Below, in pieces: positions 46,334 to 53,226 of a DNA stretch of 64,000 nucleotides. Source of the DNA: Candidatus Peregrinibacteria bacterium (GTDB lineage Bacteria; Patescibacteriota; Gracilibacteria; UBA1369; LOWO2-01-FULL-3); assembly GCA_018654255.1 (NCBI GenBank), contig JABILX010000001.1, positions 209,695 through 273,694 of the forward strand. The letters are read 5' to 3'. Numbering within the stretch: the stretch's first letter is position 1; each line of letters begins with the position of its first letter. A program made the translations under genes and the position numbers. Below the pieces are notes generated by a model. The model was not told where the DNA came from and did not search any database. It worked only from the letters and a program-made list of their open reading frames with translations.

Positions 46334-47515
46334 ATGGAATACAAAATAGACAAAATACTTTTAAATAAAATAACAGGGATCCCCATATTTTTTCTCATAA
46401 TATGGTTCATATTCCAAGCAGTTTTCACAATAGGGCAGATTCCCATGGACCTCATCGACGCAAGCATTTCAAACCTGCAAAATTGGCTCACAACAATCCT
46501 GCCTGCGAGCTTCTGGAGTTCACTTTTGATAGATGGTGTAATAGGGGGCGTCGGAGCGATGGTCGTATTCCTTCCATTAATAATAATTTTATTCTTTTTC
46601 ATATCAATTCTTCGGCAAAGCGGATACTTGGATCGTACTGCCTTCCTTTTTGAAAAAAGTTTACGGAAAATAGGCTTGAGTGGGAAAGCGATAGTTCCTC
46701 TATCTATGGGATTCGGCTGCAACGTCCCCGCGATAATGGCTCTAAAGACCCTGGAAACAAGAAGACAAAGAATCATAACAGCAATGATGATCCCATTCCT
46801 GAGTTGTAGTGCAACCCTACCTATTTACACACTTCTCATCGCGGCTTTTTTTGAAGAACGATGGAGAGGAACAATATTATTCGCACTATATGCATCAGGA
46901 ATAATTCTCTCATTCCTCACAGGATTAATCTTCCATAAATTCTTGAAGACAGAAAGGATTACAAGTCTCTCAGTCCTACCAAAATACAAAATTCCCAAAC
47001 TCAAAAACATCATTGTCTCAATTTGGGGAACAACAAAATCATTTCTAACCAAAGCCGGCAAAATAATTCTTCCTTTCTCAATAATCATGTGGCTTTTATT
47101 CACATTCCCGCAGGTGGAAGGGGTGCCTCCACAAATAGAAGACTCTTACGCCGCACAAATAGGCATGGCAGTCGAGCCGATCTTTGAACCAATCGGATTC
47201 GACTGGAGGATAAACACGGCATTGTTTGGAGCATTAGGCGCAAAAGAAATATTCATTTCAACTCTTGGGATTTTCTATTCATTGGAAACAAACACAGACG
47301 ATGGATTGATACAGGCATTGCAAAACGATCCCAATATCACCTCTTTGACTGCGGTCCTCATTTTGATATTCATGCTCATATATTCCCCGTGCATACCTGT
47401 CATAGCAACAATAAAACAGCAATTTAACACGAGGTGGTCAGTCATAGCATTTGCATACCCAACAATCCTTGCGTGGTTGGTATGTTTTGTGATTTATCAG
47501 GTTGCGACATTGTGA
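46334..47515 (+). CDS. FeoB-like membrane (gate) domain protein lacking the N-terminal GTPase domain
   Basis: The GFGCNVPAIMA motif and polytopic layout match the FeoB C-terminal region. The ORF begins at the first TM segment and no G1-G4 motifs are present. Confidence 0.65.
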   Translation: MEYKIDKILLNKITGIPIFFLIIWFIFQAVFTIGQIPMDLIDASISNLQNWLTTILPASFWSSLLIDGVIGGVGAMVVFLPLIIILFFFISILRQSGYLDRTAFLFEKSLRKIGLSGKAIVPLSMGFGCNVPAIMALKTLETRRQRIITAMMIPFLSCSATLPIYTLLIAAFFEERWRGTILFALYASGIILSFLTGLIFHKFLKTERITSLSVLPKYKIPKLKNIIVSIWGTTKSFLTKAGKIILPFSIIMWLLFTFPQVEGVPPQIEDSYAAQIGMAVEPIFEPIGFDWRINTALFGALGAKEIFISTLGIFYSLETNTDDGLIQALQNDPNITSLTAVLILIFMLIYSPCIPVIATIKQQFNTRWSVIAFAYPTILAWLVCFVIYQVATL

Positions 47516-47573
47516 AGCTCACATTTGCGAATATCCTTGCCCCAACACCGTCCAACAAAGGTATAATATCAAC

Positions 47574-48755
47574 ATGCGCACGTTGCACTCAAAAATAGAA
47601 GCAAACATCAAAAAGTTGTATCTTCACAACTTCTTTTTCGAAATGATGTTTTTCATTCCTATTTTAGTGCCTTTCTGGAGTGGTCTTGGGTTTTCTATGC
47701 AAGAAATATTATTGCTAGAGGCAGGGTTCGCCATGACATTGATGATACTGGAAATCCCATCAGGCTATTTTGCAGATATGTATGGAAGGAAAACAAGCAT
47801 GATGATTGGAGCAGTCCTAGAATTTATTGGGCTCTTGATATTCATTTTCGCAGGTAGTTTCGCGGGGTTTTTACTAGGAGAAATTGTAATAGGAATCGGA
47901 GCAAGTTTCCAATCTGGTGCAAATGAAGCATTAATGTATGACTCTTTGGTACAGCTTAAAAGAGAAAAAGAGTATAAGAAAAAACAAGGAAACTATTATT
48001 TTGCAGGGAGAATGTCTGCAGTGCTATCAAAAATACCTGGAGCACTTTTTGCTGGGATTTTCATTAAACTGCCATTCTATCTAACAATGATCCCGTGGTT
48101 TATTGCAGTAATAGTTGTGTTTAGTCTCGTAGAACCAACCATAAAGAGACAAAAATTTGAAACATGGAAGCATTTCACAAGCATATGCAAAGAAGCTTTA
48201 TTCAAGAATAAAAAATTACAAAGTTTACTTCTATACGGAGCAATCCCTCCAGGATTCTTTCTAATAACTTTCTGGTTATATCAAAAATATATGGAGACTA
48301 CACAAGTACCAATTATTTTCTTTGGCATAATTATTTCTCTCATGAACCTGACTTCTGGATTAGGGGGGAAATATGCAAAAGAAATTGAAGAAAAAATTAC
48401 ACCCAAATTAACAATCATATTAATTCCAATTACAGCAGCGTTAGTATGGGCATCACTAGCAATCTTCAGTAGTCCATATTTGATTTGGATTTTTGCAGTA
48501 GCAGCTTTTGTATGGGGCCTTCACTTGCCAATCACACAAGACTACATCCAAAAAATCACCACAAGCGACAAAAGAGCCACAATTTTATCAATTAGAAGTT
48601 TCCTAACAAGAGTTGTGTACGTAATCTTTGCCCCATTGCTAGGATGGGTGACCGACTGTTATTCAATCCAAAGCGCCTTCGGTTTTTCTGCAGGCCTCAT
48701 AATACTTTTTGGAGGAATAAGCCTCCTCCTATTGAAAAGGGGCCGTGTGATCTAA
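47574..48755 (+). CDS. MFS transporter
   Basis: About 12 TM helices. I chose ATG 47574 because TATAAT at 47562-47567 gives the same 12-nt leaderless geometry. The track start 47502 (GTG) overlaps the previous gene. Confidence 0.7.
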   Translation: MRTLHSKIEANIKKLYLHNFFFEMMFFIPILVPFWSGLGFSMQEILLLEAGFAMTLMILEIPSGYFADMYGRKTSMMIGAVLEFIGLLIFIFAGSFAGFLLGEIVIGIGASFQSGANEALMYDSLVQLKREKEYKKKQGNYYFAGRMSAVLSKIPGALFAGIFIKLPFYLTMIPWFIAVIVVFSLVEPTIKRQKFETWKHFTSICKEALFKNKKLQSLLLYGAIPPGFFLITFWLYQKYMETTQVPIIFFGIIISLMNLTSGLGGKYAKEIEEKITPKLTIILIPITAALVWASLAIFSSPYLIWIFAVAAFVWGLHLPITQDYIQKITTSDKRATILSIRSFLTRVVYVIFAPLLGWVTDCYSIQSAFGFSAGLIILFGGISLLLLKRGRVI

Positions 48756-48760
48756 ATCAC

Positions 48761-48786
48761 ACGGTTCAAACATCCTCTAGCGGAGC
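48761..48786 (+). repeat. post-ORF element ACGGTTCAAACATCCTCTAGCGGAGC
   Basis: Starts 6 nt after the MFS stop. It matches the consensus CAGTTCGAACATCCTCTAGCGG. Confidence 0.5.
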
Positions 48787-48788
48787 AA

Positions 48789-49457
48789 CTACTTCTTAGC
48801 CGCTGCTTTCTTCTTAGCCGGTGCTTTTTTCTTCGCAGGAGCCTTCTTTACAGCCGCCTTCTTAGCAACCGCTTTCTTCTTTGGCTCAGCCGTTTTCTTC
48901 TCAGCAGGGGCTTTTTTCACAACCTCTTTTTTCTTTGGTGCATCTGCCTTCTCAGGACTCAGGCGCTGTAAAAGAAATATAATTTTATCTAACTTAGCAT
49001 TCATATCGTCACCGCCCTTGTTAGATTTAGCAGGTTTTCTTGGACCTGAATCATTTCCTTTTTCAAAACAACTACTGCAATAAACAGGTTTGTCTCCACT
49101 TGGTCTGAAAGGAACCTCACAACCATTACCACAATCAGCACAAGTTGCTCTGTGCATAGTTGGGCGTCCTCGGTCATTGCCACCTCGTCCACCTCCACGA
49201 CTGTCTCGTCCGCCTCCACGACTGTCTCGTCCACCTCCACGACTATCTCGTCCACGGTCATTGCCACTGAAGTCATCATCTCTTTTGAAACAACTACTGC
49301 AATAAACAGGTTTGTCTCCACTTGGTCTGAAAGGAACCTCACAACTATTGCCGCAATCAGCACAAGTTGCTCTGTGCATAGTTGGGCGTCCTCGGTCATT
49401 GCCACCTCGTCCACCTCCACGACTATCTCGTCCTCCTCCTCTGTTGAAATCTCCCAT
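48789..49457 (-). CDS. RGG-repeat / double CxxC-x17-CxxC zinc-ribbon protein with histone-H1-like Lys/Ala tail
   Basis: The module RPTMHRATCADCGN.CEVPFRPSGDKPVYCSSCF occurs twice. RDSRGGG repeats. C-terminal KKAVAKKAAVKKAPAKKKAPAKKKAAAKK. Confidence 0.75.
   Translation of the reverse strand: MGDFNRGGGRDSRGGGRGGNDRGRPTMHRATCADCGNSCEVPFRPSGDKPVYCSSCFKRDDDFSGNDRGRDSRGGGRDSRGGGRDSRGGGRGGNDRGRPTMHRATCADCGNGCEVPFRPSGDKPVYCSSCFEKGNDSGPRKPAKSNKGGDDMNAKLDKIIFLLQRLSPEKADAPKKKEVVKKAPAEKKTAEPKKKAVAKKAAVKKAPAKKKAPAKKKAAAKK
49066..49433. repeat. intragenic 222-nt-period duplication (146-nt cores 49066-49211 and 49288-49433, 4 mismatches) plus 3 x 21-nt tandem repeat 49192-49254
   Basis: Direct comparison of the two segments. 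Confidence 0.85.
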
Positions 49458-49567
49458 ATTATTATTGTTATTATTATTAATACGTTACAGAAAAAGACTC
49501 TAGCCTTATTACTCCTGAAACACAAGGAGGAATGAGCAATTTTGGAATTTCAGTTAAACAGGCTCTT

Positions 49568-50074
49568 CTAAGCTGTCGTTTCTTCTTCAGCACCTCTTTC
49601 CATAAGCTCTCTATCAAGCATATAAAGTCCAGGACCTTTTTCACCAGCGATTTTCAGCCGTTCAATGACATCTGAAGCACTAGCTTCCTCTTCAACCTGC
49701 TCATCGATGAACCATTTTAGAAACGATTGCAGAGCATAATCCTTTTCCTCCAACGCCAACTCATACAAACCATTGATCAAAGAAGTGACATGTTTCTCAT
49801 GCTCCAATGCTTTCTCGAAAATATCCAAAGCCGAAGCAAAGTCAGAAGGTGGTTGGTCAATTTTGTCCAAAACAACAGAACCATCACGCTCATAAACGTA
49901 ATCATAAATTTTGAAAGCATGAACCATCTCTTCCTCAGCTTGTTTTTTCATCCAGTGTGCAAAGCCATTCAAACCTTTGCCATCAAAATAAGTAGCCATC
50001 GAAAGATACAAGTAAGCTGAATACATCTCAGCATTGATTTGCTCATTTAGAGCTTTTTCTACATTTTTTTTCAT
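49568..50074 (-). CDS. ftn: ferritin (non-haem, bacterial type)
   Basis: EQINAEMYSAYLYLSMATYF ... EEMVHA ... EHEKHVT ferroxidase-centre pattern. Confidence 0.85.
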   Translation of the reverse strand: MKKNVEKALNEQINAEMYSAYLYLSMATYFDGKGLNGFAHWMKKQAEEEMVHAFKIYDYVYERDGSVVLDKIDQPPSDFASALDIFEKALEHEKHVTSLINGLYELALEEKDYALQSFLKWFIDEQVEEEASASDVIERLKIAGEKGPGLYMLDRELMERGAEEETTA

Positions 50075-50102
50075 AATATTTTTGGTTAAACATTTTATTT
50101 AA

Positions 50103-50117
50103 TGAGAATGATTCTCA
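50103..50117. promoter_or_regulatory. Fur-family 7-1-7 box TGAGAATGATTCTCA upstream of ferritin
   Basis: A perfect 7-1-7 inverted repeat. It differs from the TGATAATNATTATCA consensus at one symmetric position. It lies 29-43 nt upstream of the ferritin ATG. Confidence 0.55.
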
Positions 50118-50172
50118 ATAAAAATATATAGCACATCAAAATAGAACACAAGGGGAAAGTCTAAAAGAAGAA

Positions 50173-50790
50173 CTATTTTCTATTCTTCCGAGCCCTTGGT
50201 CTAATTGGATAAACCGTATTGTGGGTCTTTACAGCAAAATCTGCAGGGGCTCCTGTTTGAGCAATCCCTAATTTTTTCAATTCAACATCTAAACCAACAA
50301 GTCCACTACGAACAGCTTGTTTAACTTCACCTACCTCTCCTGTGCCAGGAGCAACAGTCTCACCAAAGAAAGTTTTTCCTCCAAGCTCATCCTTCAGTGC
50401 AAAAAAGACTTTGTCATACAAAGAATCAAGAGCCTTCTGAGCCTTTCTCTTATCACCATTCAAAGCAGCCTTATAAGCTACATCTAGCTCTTTCAAACCA
50501 GTAGTAGTCAAATACCCATACATCATTTGTTTAAACAAGGCGATCTTGGTTTCATCAGAAGTAGCGTGATTACTGAACAAATTTGTCAGAAGATTCACAG
50601 TTTCCTCAATAAGAAGATGTCGCCTAGCCTTATTCTCCTCATAAGCAGCCTTACCTTTATTCTTATCGCCACCAACCAAATTTACACTATCCACATCATC
50701 CTCAAATTGAATAAGAGAAGCAGCCTCACCAAAGGCAGAAGTAGCCTCTTCCAATAGGGCATCCCTAGATTTTCCATTTTTTTCAACCAT
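50173..50790 (-). CDS. hypothetical protein (205 aa)
   Basis: Clean ORF with no recognisable motif. Confidence 0.55.
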   Translation of the reverse strand: MVEKNGKSRDALLEEATSAFGEAASLIQFEDDVDSVNLVGGDKNKGKAAYEENKARRHLLIEETVNLLTNLFSNHATSDETKIALFKQMMYGYLTTTGLKELDVAYKAALNGDKRKAQKALDSLYDKVFFALKDELGGKTFFGETVAPGTGEVGEVKQAVRSGLVGLDVELKKLGIAQTGAPADFAVKTHNTVYPIRPRARKNRK

Positions 50791-50846
50791 ATAATTCTGT
50801 TATTTATTTATATATCATTATACAATAAAACGAGAGAGAAAGCAAC

Positions 50847-50896
50847 TCCTCGTTACAACCCCTCGTCACGAACCCTCGTTACAACCCTCGTAGTGG
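50847..50896 (+). promoter_or_regulatory. four tandem ~12-14-nt direct repeats CCTCGT(T/C)AC(A/G)A(A)C upstream of a promoter
   Basis: cctcgttacaac / ccctcgtcacgaac / cctcgttacaac / cctcgtagtgg. TTTACA-N16-TATAAT follows, ending at 50940. Confidence 0.45.
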
Positions 50897-50963
50897 ATCT
50901 TCTGGTTGACCCTTTACAAAAAAGAGAAAGTAAGTATAATAATTTCCTTGTGTAAACAAACTT

Positions 50964-51329
50964 ATGCGCACAAAAGAAAATCTAGTCAGCTTTCTTCAAG
51001 ACTTCGCAAGACCCGAAGATCTTACTCCTGAAAATCAGGAGGTTACTGACATAAGAAATCGAACGCGATTGAGTTTTTTACGGGGAGACTTTGTTCCTAG
51101 TGAAGATAGCCCAATGTCACAAAGTTTATATCAATATGAAAGAGGGGAGGCAGAAGCTTTCGAGCAGGATATTAGGGAAATTGAACGACAAGTAGGACTT
51201 CAAATTGAGATGAGACTTGACCCCCTTATAGAAGGACCCATCACAAGAATCGTAAAAGAAATAATCCTAATAGGAAAAGAAAAAGTCCTCTTAACATTTC
51301 TTGAAGTCCCAAACCCAAATGTCACATAA
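50964..51329 (+). CDS. hypothetical protein (121 aa)
   Basis: ORF downstream of the repeat and promoter region. Confidence 0.5.
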   Translation: MRTKENLVSFLQDFARPEDLTPENQEVTDIRNRTRLSFLRGDFVPSEDSPMSQSLYQYERGEAEAFEQDIREIERQVGLQIEMRLDPLIEGPITRIVKEIILIGKEKVLLTFLEVPNPNVT

Positions 51330-51428
51330 AATCACCCTAGCTAGCGATCTCTCAGATCCAGCCAGCGCAGAGAGGATAATCCTCTAGTCCGCCAACCCCA
51401 CATCGTGCACATGCTCATGTGCAAAACA

Positions 51429-52289
51429 TCACCCTAGCATCAACAAGCTCGCAGCCATAACAGCCATGCCAGCAACAGTCCCATAAGCAGCAAGGTGGTG
51501 TTCACCGTACTCTTCAGCCGCAGGTAGCAATTGATCCAAAGAAATAAAAACCATTATTCCCGCGACACCACCTAACAAAGATCCGAACAAAAAACCATCC
51601 AATACGCTACTCAATACCAAGTATCCGACAAGAGCCCCGACAGGCTCAGCCAGACCACTTAAAAAAGAAAACCAAAAAGCTTTGCTTCTCTTCCCAGTAG
51701 CACAAAAAATTGGGACGGCTATCGAAATTCCCTCAGGGATATTATGTATAGCAATAGCAATAGCAATAGGGATACCCAATCTAATGTCTTTCAAAGAAGT
51801 GAAAAATGTAGCAAGACCTTCAGGGAAATTATGAAGAGCAATTACAAAAGCAGTCATGACGCCAACTCGAAACAACCTTCTGCATTTATTTCGTCTGCCC
51901 AGCCCAGTCCCCATCCCCTTGCCCAGCCCTTGTCCACACCCACGCTTGCAACCTTTTATCTCTTCAATTCTATGAATCTCATGAGGATTTTCAAAAGAAG
52001 GGATAAGTCTATCCAAAATCAAGACAGAAATGACACCAACGAAAAAACTCAAAACTGCATACAAAGAAGCATTTCCTCCACTACCAGCTTCAGCAAAACT
52101 AGAGACTGATTCAGGCAAAATTTCAACAAAAGAAACATAAATCATCACCCCGGCAGAAAACCCCATCGACAACGATAATAACTTCGTATTTGTATGCTTA
52201 GCAAAAAACACAACAGCTCCTCCGATCCCAGTAGAGAGTCCGGCAAACAATGTCAGCCCAAAAGCCAAAACTATATTATTAATTTCCAT
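51429..52289 (-). CDS. zupT: ZIP-family metal transporter, ZupT-like, with Gly/Cys-rich cytoplasmic loop
   Basis: ALHNFPEGLA and AIHNIPEG motifs. Loop GCKRGCGQGLGKGMGTGLGRRNKC. Start set at ATG 52289, 1 nt after the upstream stop. Confidence 0.8.
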   Translation of the reverse strand: MEINNIVLAFGLTLFAGLSTGIGGAVVFFAKHTNTKLLSLSMGFSAGVMIYVSFVEILPESVSSFAEAGSGGNASLYAVLSFFVGVISVLILDRLIPSFENPHEIHRIEEIKGCKRGCGQGLGKGMGTGLGRRNKCRRLFRVGVMTAFVIALHNFPEGLATFFTSLKDIRLGIPIAIAIAIHNIPEGISIAVPIFCATGKRSKAFWFSFLSGLAEPVGALVGYLVLSSVLDGFLFGSLLGGVAGIMVFISLDQLLPAAEEYGEHHLAAYGTVAGMAVMAASLLMLG

Positions 52290-52290
52290 A

Positions 52291-53130
52291 TCAATTAATG
52301 TCATGTTGATCGAATACATCACCGTGCAAGTGCCCCTGATCCTCGCCGTGCGCATGCTCATGTCCAGGCATATAAATCATCAAAAGCATCAATAGAATCC
52401 CAAGTGCAAAAGTGGCAAATTGACCTAGAGATCTTCCAATTCCAACTTCCTTATGCATCTCCGGAATCAAATCAGCGACAGCTATATAAATGAATCCACC
52501 AGCCGCAAACGGAACTAGGAAATCCATACCAATATCAGAAAAAGAACTCATAGAAAAAACAACAAATACACCCAATAAAGAGGTCAAAGCTGTAGCAAAA
52601 TTCAATAACAAAGCCTTCTTTTTTGTCATTCCACCATGTAGGAGAACTCCAAAATCACCGATTTCCTGAGGAATTTCATGCATCACAACAGCAACTGTTG
52701 TTGCGAACCCAACGGGAATACTGACCATATAAGCCGCTCCAATTATAAGTCCATCAATAAAATTATGAACCCCATCGCCGAACAAATTCATCCAAGCAAG
52801 AGGATGAGGATGATCATCACAAGTCACATGATGACAATGCCTCCATCTAATAACTTTCTCCAGAACAAAAGATATTGAGACTCCAAGCAAAACATACAAA
52901 GCAGTCTCAGTCCCAAACCCACTATTCGCAGCAGCCTCAGGCAAAAGGTGCAAAAAGGCATCACCAAGTAACCCTCCGGCAGCAAAACTAATCATATATA
53001 CCAACATCTTCCCCAAAACTTTTGTACTCATTGAAATAGTCAGAAGTCCCACCAAAGAAACCAAGCTGACGACCGCAACACTCCCTAATGAATATAAAAA
53101 TGCATCACTCATGACCGCAATATTATACAA
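52291..53130 (-). CDS. ZIP-family metal transporter with HEIPQEIGD motif and His-rich C-terminus
   Basis: VMHEIPQEIGDFGVLL, and the tail PGHEHAHGEDQGHLHGD. Confidence 0.8.
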   Translation of the reverse strand: MYNIAVMSDAFLYSLGSVAVVSLVSLVGLLTISMSTKVLGKMLVYMISFAAGGLLGDAFLHLLPEAAANSGFGTETALYVLLGVSISFVLEKVIRWRHCHHVTCDDHPHPLAWMNLFGDGVHNFIDGLIIGAAYMVSIPVGFATTVAVVMHEIPQEIGDFGVLLHGGMTKKKALLLNFATALTSLLGVFVVFSMSSFSDIGMDFLVPFAAGGFIYIAVADLIPEMHKEVGIGRSLGQFATFALGILLMLLMIYMPGHEHAHGEDQGHLHGDVFDQHDIN

Positions 53131-53168
53131 GAATCTCTCTCAACCCAACACCAGATAAGCCTTCCCTG

Positions 53169-53196
53169 TTGACAAACTTCCCCGTCGTGTTATTCT
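53169..53196 (+). promoter_or_regulatory. promoter TTGACA-N16-TATTCT
   Basis: ttgacaaacttccccgtcgtgttattct, upstream of the 1,525-aa ORF. Confidence 0.4.
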
Positions 53197-53226
53197 ATCC
53201 GCCAATATTCAAGAAACAACTGAATA

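Larger units (their letters stand above)
39934..48788 (+). mobile_element. putative tRNA-Gly-linked genomic island / cassette-like array (no integrase seen)
   Basis: The tRNA 3-prime end CACCCGCTCCAAT (39923-39935) repeats at 40776-40788. There are several decayed tRNA 3-prime-half copies. Seven co-directional accessory genes, most with their own promoter-like sites. Confidence 0.45.

Noticed and set aside
39934-48788. Classical integron
   Set aside because: There is no intI-type integrase and no attI. The recurrent element does not match the attC inverse-core/core (RYYYAAC/GTTRRRY) layout. Most modules also appear to have their own promoters.
49066-49433. Regularly spaced repeats considered as a possible CRISPR array (also 59228-59305)
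   Set aside because: The repeats are in-frame coding duplications inside ORFs, with no unique spacers of CRISPR size and no cas genes. No CRISPR array is present in the window.
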